DNA of 64,000 nucleotides from Escherichia coli (GTDB lineage Bacteria; Pseudomonadota; Gammaproteobacteria; Enterobacterales; Enterobacteriaceae): NCBI RefSeq assembly GCF_003334405.1, contig NZ_QOWM01000004.1; one strand, 5' to 3'. Shown piece by piece: positions 11,973 to 23,253 of this stretch (position 1 is its first letter; each line of letters starts with the position of its first letter). The notes under the pieces were generated by a model. It saw only the letters and a program-made list of their open reading frames with translations, ran no database searches and was not told where the DNA came from. The position numbers and the translations under genes were made by a program.

Positions 11973-12413
11973 AACTTTTCCTTTATTCATCGCATGGACA
12001 ATACGTACGCTTGAGATCAGGATTGTCTACTTTGAGTATAACATCCTTGTGAAATCTCCCTTTCCTCATACCGCTTGCACTATATACTGCGGGTAGGAAA
12101 GGCGCGCAGAGGGAAATATAAGATTGTTAACTATCCCCCTCTGGAAATACGACTTGTGAGCATAAGATAAATCTTAGCAAAATACAAATTAAAGATAAGG
12201 AAATTGTTACGAAAGCTATTAATTATTGTTGGTAATATAGTTTCAAGTGGTACTATAACTGGCTGTTAAATGGCATTTATAACTATTAGGTGCAGAGATA
12301 TTCGCTTAAATGGATTAGTTTCTTTGTGGAAAAGTAACTGATGTTATAATGTATGATGTTGACTATTGCACTATTCCAATAAAACCAGTCAGCTTTAAAC
12401 AAGCAGCGTCATA

Positions 12414-12626
12414 TTAAGAGAGATAAACATTTGCCGCTGTTGGTCCTCGCAGGCCATTTACGCGGCAAAATTCCACACGTAATCCTGGTATAAGCACTTC
12501 TGCGTCGCGGGGAGTGAATGCGGAAATATGGACCTGAACTTCTTTACGACCGTCGGAGGGGATAATGAATCCTTTGCCGCTTTTGCGATCAAAGGTTTTG
12601 ACAATTCCTGTCATTTTACGGGACAA
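12414..12626 (-). CDS. cspH: Cold-shock-domain protein
   Basis: Track ORF of 70 aa, [21 protein letters not shown]..., CspA-family fold. Confidence 0.93.
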
Positions 12627-12911
12627 ACAAATTCCTTACTGAAAATACTGCGCTGCACTATACGGGGTTAATAAAATAAAGCCAGCGATATTTAAGACCG
12701 CCGGACGGCTAAAATAAAATTTGCTTAATCTCAATTATCATGCGTTAATAGCTGCGTCGGTTTGAAAGACAGACAGCATACAAAGTAGTTTACTAAAGCA
12801 GTTCTCATTATCAGGCATTATCCCCTTCTTTTGAGTCTCTCTCCTGAACACTAAGTAGTTTCTGTATTAAAGCCCTGTTTGCCGAAAGGCCCAAAATGAA
12901 GGAAGTAAAAT

Positions 12912-13124
12912 ATGTCTAATAAAATGACTGGTTTAGTAAAATGGTTTAACGCAGATAAAGGTTTTGGCTTTATCACTCCTGATGATGGCAGCAAAGACGT
13001 TTTCGTCCATTTCACCGCCATCCAGAGCAATGAATTCCGCACGCTGAACGAAAATCAGAAAGTTGAATTTTCTATTGAGCAGGGGCAACGTGGCCCCGCG
13101 GCAGCGAACGTTGTTACGCTCTAA
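12912..13124 (+). CDS. cspG: Cold-shock protein
   Basis: Track ORF of 70 aa, [23 protein letters not shown] (RNP1 motif); long AT-rich leader upstream. Confidence 0.95.
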   Translation: MSNKMTGLVKWFNADKGFGFITPDDGSKDVFVHFTAIQSNEFRTLNENQKVEFSIEQGQRGPAAANVVTL

Positions 13125-13323
13125 GGTTGCCATTATTACTCAACATCTCCATTTCCGCTGTCCATGTTGTCATGGTTCACAGTACCGCACATCGGCATTC
13201 GATGTGACGGAGCGAAACCCTTTGGGCGCTAAGTGTATTTTTTGTAAATCGACGATGATCACCTTTGATAACGTCGCGCTGCAAATACGCACTGACCATG
13301 CGCCGCTGGATTTCACAAAATAA
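13090..13323 (+). CDS. ymcE: Small Cys-rich protein; start codon uncertain (GTG 13090 or TTG 13111)
   Basis: Track ORF 13063..13323 overlaps the cspG 3' end in another frame; product contains CPCCHG...C..C motif. Confidence 0.55.
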   Translation: MAPRQRTLLRSKVAIITQHLHFRCPCCHGSQYRTSAFDVTERNPLGAKCIFCKSTMITFDNVALQIRTDHAPLDFTK

Positions 13324-13517
13324 TATCAGGCTCCCTCGTGGAGCCTTTTTTATATCTGCCTTATTTTTCTTCAACGCTGTATGTATAGTAAGCGATAACC
13401 TGTTGATTATTGAATCTTTCGGGGAGATGGCTTATAACATTTCTTACCTGACCAGGGTACCGGGAACCAACACCTTACTGGCGTGTTGCTGTCTTTTAAG
13501 ACCAGAAGAGGTTAACA

Positions 13518-13691
13518 GTGAATATTGAAGAGTTAAAAAAACAAGCCGAAACGGAAATCGCCGACTTTATCGCGCAAAAAATCGCCGAGCTGAACAAGAA
13601 TACAGGGAAAGAAGTCTCTGAAATTCGCTTCACCGCACGAGAAAAAATGACCGGGCTTGAAAGTTATGATGTCAAAATCAAAATAATGTGA
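13518..13691 (+). CDS. gnsA: Small protein GnsA (57 aa)
   Basis: GTG start at 13518 with GAGG 8 nt upstream; encodes MNIEELKKQAETEIADFIAQKIAELNKNTGKEVSEIRFTAREKMTGLESYDVKIKIM; stop TGA 13689-13691. Confidence 0.8.
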   Translation: MNIEELKKQAETEIADFIAQKIAELNKNTGKEVSEIRFTAREKMTGLESYDVKIKIM

Positions 13692-13697
13692 TTTTGT

Positions 13698-13725
13698 GAA
13701 CATCACCCCGTGCGAGGTGATGTTC
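13698..13725. terminator. Hairpin between convergent gnsA and yccM (gaacatcacc-ccgtgcga-ggtgatgttc)
   Basis: 10-bp perfect inverted repeat read from sequence; no strong U-run, so terminator function is inferred from position. Confidence 0.45.
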
Positions 13726-13739
13726 CGCTTGTTGCTAAT

Positions 13740-14813
13740 TTAGTGACCAATCATTGGCGCTTGTGGAATTAAGCGTCGGTACAATTCCTCCGGCACCGGG
13801 CTTTGCCATACTCCCGCATACATTGCGTAACCAATCACCGCAAACATAATCCCCAGAACCAGTAGCGTCATTAACCAGCCAGACAACGCAAAGGCTTTTT
13901 TATTTGCCGCAGGTTTTTGCAGTGAAAAGGTCAATGTTGAGGCTACCGGACATGACTCTACGCAAGTCATACAGCCGGTACATTCCACTGTTCGTACCTG
14001 AATTAATTTATCGACCGGGATCCGTGATGGGCAATTTTTTGCGCATTTGCCACAGTCGATACAACTTTCGGCATTGCGACGAATCTTAAACGGCGACAAT
14101 AGCGAAACCACGCCCATCAGCGCGCCATATGGGCAAAGATAACGACACCAGGCATGGCGAATAAACAGGCTGGCAATCAGCAAAACGGTCACGCTGATTA
14201 ATGTCGCGGTCCCCATATGACGAAAGAAATCGAGCATTTTAACGTCCATCACCACGCTGTAGGGCGACAACATAAAATAGTGAATCGCCTGAGCGGGCAT
14301 CAATAACGCGATATAGATAAAAAAACTCAACAGCAAATACTTCACGCCGCGCAGAGGAATATCCAGCCAGCGGGGAAGGACACATTGCCGACCAAACAGT
14401 TTGTTACCGAGATCGCCGATTAATTCAGAAAGCGTACCAACCGGGCATAACCATGAGCAAAAGGCCTTTTTGAGTAATAGACTGATGACGATAAAAGCGA
14501 CCAATAACAGCATCGCGGCGGCGTGGACGGACGGTAACTGACCTGTTACAAGGCTATATTTCAGATTCATCAGCCCGGCAATCGGTAGCCAGCCTTCGAT
14601 ACCTCCCGGTCTGGCGACAAATGTCGTGCTACTTGCCGTTTCGTAATAGCGCACCCAATACCAGAACGTGATGGCAATATAAATATTCATTGCCAACAGT
14701 AATAATTGCGTCGCTTTACGCCAGGTCGTGGCATTACGCCAGTCATTCCACGGTAATTTGCCACCCGTCGTGCCTGGCCGCCGCTGCCAGCGGGTTCTTT
14801 TATTCTCTGCCAT
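13740..14813 (-). CDS. yccM: Membrane-bound polyferredoxin-like 4Fe-4S protein (NapH/MauN-like)
   Basis: Track ORF of 357 aa; two CxxCxxCxxxCP ferredoxin motifs (CIDCGKCAKNCP, CTGCMTCVESCP) plus transmembrane segments. Confidence 0.92.
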   Translation of the reverse strand: MAENKRTRWQRRPGTTGGKLPWNDWRNATTWRKATQLLLLAMNIYIAITFWYWVRYYETASSTTFVARPGGIEGWLPIAGLMNLKYSLVTGQLPSVHAAAMLLLVAFIVISLLLKKAFCSWLCPVGTLSELIGDLGNKLFGRQCVLPRWLDIPLRGVKYLLLSFFIYIALLMPAQAIHYFMLSPYSVVMDVKMLDFFRHMGTATLISVTVLLIASLFIRHAWCRYLCPYGALMGVVSLLSPFKIRRNAESCIDCGKCAKNCPSRIPVDKLIQVRTVECTGCMTCVESCPVASTLTFSLQKPAANKKAFALSGWLMTLLVLGIMFAVIGYAMYAGVWQSPVPEELYRRLIPQAPMIGH

Positions 14814-14884
14814 GATTTTGCCAGTCCGTTAAGTTGTATACCAAATGCCACTATTCTAGTTGTTCTTAACTGGCTGATATTGAT

Positions 14885-17629
14885 TCAAATCGCGTTCAGG
14901 TCTTTCTTATGCAACCATGCTTCCAGAGCGGCAACACTGCGTGTAATTTCTTCGTGTGGAAGGGGGGCAGATAATGGCTGCTGCTCCAGTTGTGCGCATA
15001 GCTGGCTGGCGATATGCATTCCCAGACTCGAGCAACTGCTTTTTAGCTGATGCGCGGCACGCTTTATTTTCTCGCTATCCTGACTGGCGCGGGCAATGTC
15101 GATTTCATCGAGAAGCGGCAGGGCATGTTGTGTAAATAATACCAGCCATTCGTGGATCTTCTCCGTCCCCATTAACTGAGCATCTTCATTGAGTTGCGAT
15201 ACATCCAGCGATTGATCATTATTGACTTGCAGTTGGAGATAGTGCGCCAGTAACTGACCGAGCACTTCACGCGGCACCGGTTTAGGGATAATCCCGCGGA
15301 ATAATGAACTGGTACGCTGGCGCAGCGTTTCGTCAATGACATGGGCGCTAAAGCCAATCAAAACCAGCGACGGATATTGCTGTGCCAGTTGTCGGGCAAG
15401 CGTAATGCCGTCGATATCCGGCAGATCAAAATCCACCAGTGCGGCAGCAAACGGTTCGCTATTTTGCAGTGTCTCTAAAGCCTGCGCGGCATTGCCAACA
15501 GCAACAATCTGCGCACCACTGGTTTTCAGCATCTCAATGGTAATTCGCTGGGTTAGCGGGTTATCTTCAATTAACAGCAAACGTAAACCGTCAAGACGCA
15601 CCGCCTGATTGACTGTTTTTGGCACGGGTGCCGTGGCAACACGTAACGGCAAGCGTAAACAAAAACAGCTTCCAACCTCCGGCGTGCTGGTGGCGCTCAG
15701 TTCGCCGCCCATCGCCTGGGCCAGACGGCTACTGATAGTCAGTCCCAGCCCGGTGCCGCCGCGTTTGCCGCTTACCTGCACAAATGGCTGGAAGATTTCT
15801 GCCAGTTTCGCGGGATCAATACCGCAGCCGCTGTCTTCCACTTCGACCAGCCATTGCTCGCCATCAGTGCGACTACGCAGGATAATGTACCCTTCGTCAG
15901 TAAAACGCAGGGCGTTGCTCAACAGGTTGGTTATAACCTGACGAATACGTCGTGGATCGCCCATTAACGCGCACGGCATATCATCGGCAATTGCCGTTGC
16001 CAGGCGAATCGGGCGACCTTTCACCCGTCCGCTCATTAATTGCAGGGTACTTTCCAGCAGCGGGCGCGGTTCAAAGGGCTCATCGCTGACCGAAACATTC
16101 TTGCCACCTGCTTCGATAGCGGAATAATCGAGAATATCGTTGAGGATGGTCAGCAACGATTCACCAGAGTCAGTAATTGCCCGCAAATCATCACGCTGGG
16201 CGTTAAGTGCGGGGTTATCTGCCAGCAGTTGAGCAGTGCCGAGAATACCGTACAGCGGTGTGCGGATCTCATGGCTCATCGCCGCCAGAAACGCCGATTT
16301 TGCCTGGCTGGCTTTTTCTGCTTCCGCCCGTGCCTGTCGGTGTTCTATCACCAGTTCCTGCAATTCAGCTGTACGCGCTTTGACCTGCGCCGCCAGCTGT
16401 TCGCGGTGGCGATTCAGTGCATGAACATTGCTGCGAAACGCATCCATCAGCCGCCCGATGGTATCCAGCTCCCGTACGCCAGCGGTTTCCGGGAAAGGGG
16501 AGTCAATATCACCGTCCAGCAGCCGTTGCAGCGCCTGCGTTTGTTCGGCAAGTGGACGCGTGACTGAGCGATAAACCACGCGCCAGAGGATCAGAATCAG
16601 TGCGCAAAGTGAAACCATCCCCAGCAATAACAGGCTGTATTGCCCGCGTGCACTCGCTTTTTCCAGATGCGCCAGTCCGTGCTGATTACGCAGCTCAATG
16701 GTGTCGACCAGCTGACTGACTTCGCTACTAAACTGCGCGAACTGGGCGATGTTATTTTGTGCGAGAGTTTGTAGGTGATTGCTGATTTCACTGTCCTGCT
16801 GATACAGCGCCAGCAAATCGCTATATTGGCTAACGGTAGTTAACGTTGTTGCGACCTGCGCACGAACACCCGGATCTTCAATGCGTATTTGCCGACGTTG
16901 CAGAATTTTCACCGCATTATTGAGCTGCTTTTCCAGCGTTGGTGCATTTTTCTGGATCTGCTCCAGCCCCAGATTCATCACCATTTGCTGCACCCGCAGA
17001 GCGCTAAGGCGCAGTTCATTCATCTGGTTAACATACTCAAGATCGATATCAATCAGCCGATCGAGTGCACTTTCAGCAGCCTGACGCTGATCTTGTTCGA
17101 TCAAATCGTAAATCCCGGCCTGGGTCGCTCCAGCGGAAGTTGTCGCATTATTCGCCTGACCTTGCGCCAGGCGTGCGATCTCATCGGCGGCAGCGACTAT
17201 CTGCTGACTGAGTTGCTGTTGTTGCTGGCGCAGTTGCAAACGCTGCCCCACCAGTTCCCCTTGCTGACGTAACGAACGGGAGATCTCCTGCTCCTGTTGT
17301 TCAATAGCGGTGGTATCAAAACCTTGTTCCCGTAACGCTTGCAGCAACGCATTAATCTTCAGGCTTTGTGCGGTGAGCATTCGCCCCTGCGCCTGCCACA
17401 TCTTTTCGTTATCGGCACTGGTCAGGTTCTGCGCGGCGAAAAGTTCCCAGGCGCTGGCTTCGCTCAACTGGCGCGCCATATTCATGGTAGGAATCAATGC
17501 CTGAGTGTTGTCTTTTTCCACCTGGCTGATAAAGCGCAGGTTGTACCATCCCACCAGGGTACTGGTCAGGGTTAACAGCGCCATCAGGGCAAAGCCCATC
17601 CAGAGTCTTCGGGTCAGGGTTAAATTCAC
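14885..17629 (-). CDS. torS: TMAO-responsive hybrid sensor histidine kinase
   Basis: Track ORF of 914 aa; H-box [10 protein letters not shown], receiver domain and C-terminal HPt region. Confidence 0.95.
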   Translation of the reverse strand: MNLTLTRRLWMGFALMALLTLTSTLVGWYNLRFISQVEKDNTQALIPTMNMARQLSEASAWELFAAQNLTSADNEKMWQAQGRMLTAQSLKINALLQALREQGFDTTAIEQQEQEISRSLRQQGELVGQRLQLRQQQQQLSQQIVAAADEIARLAQGQANNATTSAGATQAGIYDLIEQDQRQAAESALDRLIDIDLEYVNQMNELRLSALRVQQMVMNLGLEQIQKNAPTLEKQLNNAVKILQRRQIRIEDPGVRAQVATTLTTVSQYSDLLALYQQDSEISNHLQTLAQNNIAQFAQFSSEVSQLVDTIELRNQHGLAHLEKASARGQYSLLLLGMVSLCALILILWRVVYRSVTRPLAEQTQALQRLLDGDIDSPFPETAGVRELDTIGRLMDAFRSNVHALNRHREQLAAQVKARTAELQELVIEHRQARAEAEKASQAKSAFLAAMSHEIRTPLYGILGTAQLLADNPALNAQRDDLRAITDSGESLLTILNDILDYSAIEAGGKNVSVSDEPFEPRPLLESTLQLMSGRVKGRPIRLATAIADDMPCALMGDPRRIRQVITNLLSNALRFTDEGYIILRSRTDGEQWLVEVEDSGCGIDPAKLAEIFQPFVQVSGKRGGTGLGLTISSRLAQAMGGELSATSTPEVGSCFCLRLPLRVATAPVPKTVNQAVRLDGLRLLLIEDNPLTQRITIEMLKTSGAQIVAVGNAAQALETLQNSEPFAAALVDFDLPDIDGITLARQLAQQYPSLVLIGFSAHVIDETLRQRTSSLFRGIIPKPVPREVLGQLLAHYLQLQVNNDQSLDVSQLNEDAQLMGTEKIHEWLVLFTQHALPLLDEIDIARASQDSEKIKRAAHQLKSSCSSLGMHIASQLCAQLEQQPLSAPLPHEEITRSVAALEAWLHKKDLNAI

Positions 17630-17711
17630 GGTCGGTGCACTTTAGGTGAAAAAGGTTGAGTCGCAAAGCGGAATGCATCTAGCATAAAGCCTTATTATTG
17701 ATGAGGCTATC

Positions 17712-18740
17712 ATGCGCGTACTGCTATTTTTACTTCTTTCCCTTTTCATGTTGCCGGCATTTTCGGCTGATAACCTGTTGCGCTGGCATGATGCGCAGCA
17801 TTTCACGGTGCAAGCCTCTACGCCGCTTAAAGCCAAACGCGCATGGAAACTGTGCGCGCTTTATCCCAGCCTGAAAGATTCATATTGGTTATCGTTGAAC
17901 TATGGTATGCAGGAGGCTGCTCGCCGCTACGGTGTGGATTTAAAAGTGCTGGAGGCAGGCGGCTACAGCCAGTTGGCTACCCAGCAAGCACAAATCGACC
18001 AGTGTAAACAGTGGGGCGCAGAGGCCATTTTGCTCGGTAGTAGCACGACCTCATTTCCCGACCTGCAAAAGCAGGTAGCAAGTCTGCCGGTGATCGAACT
18101 GGTAAATGCTATTGATGCTCCCCAGGTGAAAAGCCGCGTTGGTGTGCCCTGGTTTCAGATGGGCTATCAACCGGGGCGATATCTGGTGCAATGGGCGCAC
18201 GGTAAACCACTGAATGTGCTGTTGATGCCCGGACCCGATAACGCCGGGGGCAGTAAGGAGATGGTCGAGGGTTTTCGCGCAGCCATTGCCGGAAGCCCGG
18301 TGCGTATTGTTGATATTGCGCTTGGTGATAACGATATTGAAATCCAGCGTAACCTGTTGCAGGAGATGCTGGAACGCCATCCAGAAATCGACGTCGTTGC
18401 CGGAACGGCCATTGCGGCAGAGGCGGCAATGGGGGAAGGGCGTAACCTGAAAACGCCGCTTACCGTGGTGTCGTTTTATCTTTCACATCAGGTGTATCGC
18501 GGGCTGAAGCGGGGAAGAGTGATTATGGCTGCCAGCGATCAAATGGTCTGGCAGGGGGAACTGGCGGTTGAGCAGGCCATCAGGCAATTACAGGGGCAAT
18601 CGGTTTCTGATAATGTCAGCCCACCGATTTTAGTTCTGACGCCGAAAAATGCCGACCGTGAACATATTCGCCGCTCGCTGTCACCAGGGGGATTTCGTCC
18701 GGTCTATTTTTATCAGCACACATCAGCGGCTAAGAAATAA
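17712..18740 (+). CDS. torT: Periplasmic TMAO-binding protein
   Basis: Track ORF of 342 aa with signal peptide MRVLLFLLLSLFMLPAFSA; divergent from torS. Confidence 0.95.
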   Translation: MRVLLFLLLSLFMLPAFSADNLLRWHDAQHFTVQASTPLKAKRAWKLCALYPSLKDSYWLSLNYGMQEAARRYGVDLKVLEAGGYSQLATQQAQIDQCKQWGAEAILLGSSTTSFPDLQKQVASLPVIELVNAIDAPQVKSRVGVPWFQMGYQPGRYLVQWAHGKPLNVLLMPGPDNAGGSKEMVEGFRAAIAGSPVRIVDIALGDNDIEIQRNLLQEMLERHPEIDVVAGTAIAAEAAMGEGRNLKTPLTVVSFYLSHQVYRGLKRGRVIMAASDQMVWQGELAVEQAIRQLQGQSVSDNVSPPILVLTPKNADREHIRRSLSPGGFRPVYFYQHTSAAKK

Positions 18741-19405
18741 CCTTCACCATGTTGCGTCACCAGTAAATCCGCGCTGAGTTTATGACGTAAACGACGAATT
18801 AACACATCGACGGTGCGCAGGTCAGGGTTTTCCACCCGACGCGCAGAAAGCATACGTAGCAGACGTTCACGGCTGAGAATTTCGCCCGGATTCGTCACAA
18901 ATGCCACCAACATTTCATACTCTGCGCGGGTCAGTTTAATCGGCTCGCCATCCCGCTCCAGCGTATGGCGCGACACATTCAGGCAATAACCGGCAAAGCG
19001 ATAGCAGTTGTCCTGAGTGTGCGGTTGAGCTTGTCGCGCGAGGTCGATTCGCCAGAGCAGATTTTTCACCCGTACTACCAGTTCGCGCAGTTCCAGCGGT
19101 TTGGTGACGTAATCGTCTGCGCCCATTTCCAGCCCAACAATACGGTCAATCCGATCGCTGCGTCCGGTAACCAGAATAATCCCCACCGTTGAGCGTTCTC
19201 GCAGGGCGCGGGTTAACATCAGGCCATTTTCATCGGGTAAGTTGATATCCAGCAGAATTAAATCTACCGACTGATTCTGCATAATTTCCCGTAGCCCGGC
19301 ACCGCTCGCCGTAACGGAAACGGTATACCCCTCCTGAGTGAAGTAGGATTGTAATCGCGCCTGGGTAACCGGCTCATCTTCAACAATAACAATGTGATGT
19401 GGCAT
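18713..19405 (-). CDS. torR: Response regulator of the torCAD operon (OmpR family)
   Basis: Track ORF of 230 aa, MPHHIVIVEDEPVTQ; 3' end overlaps torT 3' end by 28 bp (convergent). Confidence 0.95.
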   Translation of the reverse strand: MPHHIVIVEDEPVTQARLQSYFTQEGYTVSVTASGAGLREIMQNQSVDLILLDINLPDENGLMLTRALRERSTVGIILVTGRSDRIDRIVGLEMGADDYVTKPLELRELVVRVKNLLWRIDLARQAQPHTQDNCYRFAGYCLNVSRHTLERDGEPIKLTRAEYEMLVAFVTNPGEILSRERLLRMLSARRVENPDLRTVDVLIRRLRHKLSADLLVTQHGEGYFLAADVC

Positions 19406-19423
19406 CAGAGGGTTTTACTCATT

Positions 19424-19486
19424 CTGTTCATATCTGTTCATATTCTGCCGTAAGCCGTTCATCCTGACCAGTGCCGCTGTTCATAT
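19424..19486 (+). promoter_or_regulatory. Four tor boxes (TorR binding decamers) of the torCAD promoter
   Basis: ctgttcatat at 19424-19433, 19434-19443 and 19477-19486; ccgttcatcc at 19455-19464; directly upstream of torC. Confidence 0.85.
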
Positions 19487-19534
19487 TTGCTCATTAAGAT
19501 CGCTTCACTAAACCATAATTCTACAGGGGTTATT

Positions 19535-20707
19535 ATGCGGAAACTCTGGAACGCGCTACGCCGACCCAGTGCTCGTTGGTCGGTACTGGCGCTGGTCGCA
19601 ATTGGGATTGTGATTGGCATTGCGCTGATTGTATTGCCACACGTTGGGATCAAAGTCACCAGCACAACCGAATTTTGTGTCAGTTGCCACAGTATGCAAC
19701 CGGTGTATGAAGAATATAAACAGTCGGTGCATTTCCAGAACGCCTCCGGCGTGCGAGCTGAATGCCATGACTGTCATATCCCGCCGGATATTCCAGGCAT
19801 GGTGAAGCGCAAACTGGAAGCGAGCAATGATATCTACCAGACCTTTATTGCTCACTCCATTGATACACCTGAAAAATTCGAAGCCAAACGCGCGGAACTT
19901 GCCGAGCGTGAATGGGCGCGAATGAAAGAAAACAACTCGGCAACCTGCCGCTCCTGCCATAACTACGATGCGATGGATCATGCGAAGCAGCATCCTGAAG
20001 CAGCACGTCAGATGAAGGTGGCAGCGAAAGATAATCAATCCTGCATCGACTGTCATAAAGGTATTGCCCACCAGTTACCGGATATGAGTAGCGGCTTCCG
20101 TAAGCAGTTCGATGAGCTGCGCGCCAGTGCTAATGACAGTGGTGACACGCTGTACTCTATTGATATTAAGCCAATTTATGCGGCGAAAGGCGATAAAGAA
20201 GCCTCTGGTTCTCTGCTGCCTGCTTCGGAAGTGAAAGTCCTTAAACGTGACGGCGACTGGCTGCAAATTGAAATTACCGGCTGGACGGAAAGCGCCGGAC
20301 GTCAGCGTGTACTCACCCAATTCCCAGGTAAACGCATCTTTGTTGCCTCGATTCGTGGTGATGTGCAGCAGCAGGTAAAAACGCTGGAGAAAACCACCGT
20401 TGCCGACACCAATACCGAGTGGAGCAAGTTGCAGGCCACTGCGTGGATGAAGAAAGGCGACATGGTGAACGATATCAAACCGATCTGGGCTTATGCGGAT
20501 TCGTTGTACAACGGCACCTGTAACCAGTGCCACGGCGCACCGGAAATCGCCCACTTTGACGCTAACGGTTGGATCGGCACGCTCAACGGCATGATTGGCT
20601 TTACCAGTCTCGATAAACGTGAAGAACGCACCTTGTTGAAATATCTGCAAATGAATGCGTCTGACACCGCAGGTAAGGCTCACGGCGATAAGAAGGAAGA
20701 AAAATAA
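19535..20707 (+). CDS. torC: Pentahaem c-type cytochrome of the TMAO reductase system
   Basis: Track ORF 19487..20707; ATG at 19535 gives 390 aa MRKLWNALRRPSARW; multiple CxxCH haem motifs. Confidence 0.93.
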   Translation: MRKLWNALRRPSARWSVLALVAIGIVIGIALIVLPHVGIKVTSTTEFCVSCHSMQPVYEEYKQSVHFQNASGVRAECHDCHIPPDIPGMVKRKLEASNDIYQTFIAHSIDTPEKFEAKRAELAEREWARMKENNSATCRSCHNYDAMDHAKQHPEAARQMKVAAKDNQSCIDCHKGIAHQLPDMSSGFRKQFDELRASANDSGDTLYSIDIKPIYAAKGDKEASGSLLPASEVKVLKRDGDWLQIEITGWTESAGRQRVLTQFPGKRIFVASIRGDVQQQVKTLEKTTVADTNTEWSKLQATAWMKKGDMVNDIKPIWAYADSLYNGTCNQCHGAPEIAHFDANGWIGTLNGMIGFTSLDKREERTLLKYLQMNASDTAGKAHGDKKEEK

Positions 20708-23253
20708 TGAACAATAACGATCTCTTTCAGGCATCACGTCGGCGTTTTCTGGCACAACTCGGCGGCTTAACCGTCGCCGGGATGCTGGGGCCGTCATTGT
20801 TAACGCCGCGACGTGCGACTGCGGCGCAAGCGGCGACTGACGCTGTCATCTCGAAAGAGGGCATTCTTACCGGGTCGCACTGGGGGGCTATCCGCGCGAC
20901 GGTGAAGGATGGTCGCTTTGTGGCGGCAAAACCGTTCGAACTGGATAAATATCCGTCGAAAATGATTGCCGGATTGCCGGATCACGTACACAACGCGGCG
21001 CGTATTCGTTATCCGATGGTACGCGTGGACTGGCTGCGTAAGCGCCATCTCAGCGATACCTCCCAGCGCGGTGATAACCGTTTTGTGCGCGTGAGCTGGG
21101 ATGAAGCCCTCGACATGTTCTATGAAGAACTGGAACGCGTGCAGAAAACTCACGGGCCGAGTGCCTTGCTGACCGCCAGTGGTTGGCAATCGACGGGGAT
21201 GTTCCATAACGCTTCGGGGATGCTGGCGAAAGCTATTGCCTTGCATGGTAATAGCGTTGGTACGGGCGGAGATTACTCTACCGGTGCTGCGCAGGTGATC
21301 CTGCCGCGCGTAGTCGGTTCGATGGAAGTGTATGAACAGCAAACCTCCTGGCCGCTGGTATTGCAGAACAGCAAAACCATTGTGCTGTGGGGCTCCGATT
21401 TGCTGAAAAACCAGCAAGCGAACTGGTGGTGCCCGGATCACGATGTTTATGAATATTACGCGCAGCTAAAAGCGAAAGTCGCCGCCGGTGAAATTGAGGT
21501 CATCAGCATCGATCCGGTTGTCACATCCACCCATGAGTATCTGGGGCGCGAGCATGTGAAGCACATTGCGGTTAACCCGCAAACTGACGTGCCGCTGCAA
21601 CTGGCGCTGGCACATACGCTGTACAGTGAAAACCTGTACGACAAAAACTTCCTTGCTAACTACTGTGTGGGTTTTGAGCAGTTCCTGCCGTATCTGCTGG
21701 GTGAGAAAGACGGTCAGCCGAAAGATGCCGCATGGGCTGAAAAACTGACCGGCATTGATGCCGAAACCATTCGTGGGCTGGCGCGGCAGATGGCGGCGAA
21801 CAGAACGCAAATTATTGCTGGCTGGTGCGTGCAGCGTATGCAGCACGGTGAACAGTGGGCGTGGATGATTGTGGTTCTGGCGGCGATGCTGGGGCAAATT
21901 GGCCTGCCAGGTGGTGGTTTTGGTTTTGGCTGGCACTACAACGGCGCAGGCACGCCGGGGCGTAAAGGCGTTATTCTGAGTGGTTTCTCCGGCTCTACGT
22001 CGATTCCGCCTGTTCACGACAACAGTGACTACAAAGGCTACAGCAGCACTATTCCGATTGCCCGTTTTATCGATGCGATCCTCGAACCGGGGAAAGTGAT
22101 CAACTGGAACGGTAAATCGGTAAAACTGCCGCCGCTGAAAATGTGTATTTTTGCCGGAACTAACCCATTCCATCGCCATCAGCAGATCAACCGCATTATT
22201 GAAGGCTTGCGCAAGCTGGAAACGGTTATCGCCATAGATAACCAGTGGACCTCAACCTGCCGCTTTGCCGATATCGTACTGCCTGCGACCACGCAGTTTG
22301 AGCGTAACGATCTCGACCAGTACGGCAATCACTCCAACCGTGGCATTATCGCCATGAAACAGGTGGTGCCGCCGCAGTTCGAGGCGCGCAACGACTTCGA
22401 TATTTTCCGCGAGCTGTGCCGTCGCTTTAATCGCGAAGAAGCCTTTACCGAAGGGCTGGACGAAATGGGCTGGCTGAAACGCATCTGGCAGGAAGGTGTA
22501 CAGCAAGGCAAAGGACGCGGCGTTCATCTGCCAGCGTTTGATGACTTCTGGAATAACAAAGAGTACGTCGAGTTTGACCATCCGCAGATGTTTGTTCGCC
22601 ACCAGGCATTCCGCGAAGATCCGGATCTCGAACCGCTGGGCACGCCGAGTGGCCTGATTGAGATCTACTCGAAAACTATCGCCGATATGAACTACGACGA
22701 TTGTCAGGGGCATCCGATGTGGTTTGAGAAAATCGAACGCTCCCACGGTGGGCCTGGCTCGCAAAAGTATCCGTTGCATCTGCAATCTGTGCATCCGGAT
22801 TTCCGACTTCACTCGCAGTTATGTGAGTCGGAAACGCTGCGTCAGCAATATACGGTAGCGGGTAAAGAGCCAGTATTCATTAACCCGCAGGATGCCAGCG
22901 CGCGCGGTATTCGTAACGGTGATGTGGTACGCGTCTTTAACGCTCGCGGTCAGGTGTTGGCAGGGGCAGTGGTTTCTGACCGCTATGCACCCGGCGTGGC
23001 ACGAATTCACGAAGGGGCATGGTACGATCCAGATAAAGGCGGCGAGCCTGGTGCGCTGTGCAAATACGGTAACCCCAACGTGTTGACCATCGACATCGGT
23101 ACATCGCAGCTGGCGCAGGCGACCAGTGCGCACACTACGCTGGTGGAAATTGAGAAGTACAACGGAACAGTGGAGCAGGTGACGGCGTTTAACGGCCCCG
23201 TGGAGATGGTGGCGCAGTGCGAATATGTTCCCGCGTCGCAGGTGAAATCATGA
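20707..23253 (+). CDS. torA: TMAO reductase, molybdopterin catalytic subunit (Tat-exported)
   Basis: Track ORF of 848 aa; twin-arginine signal [11 protein letters not shown]. Confidence 0.97.

Noticed and set aside
11973-12413. Expected IS1 copy between gfcA and cspH (as I recall for K-12)
   Set aside because: No IS1 terminal repeats or insA/insB-like frames are present; the interval is only 441 bp.
16040-16567. Plus-strand 175-aa ORF inside torS
   Set aside because: Antisense to torS with no start context.
21466-22812. Minus-strand ORFs of 237 and 186 aa inside torA
   Set aside because: Antisense to torA with no start context; low-complexity Arg-rich translation.
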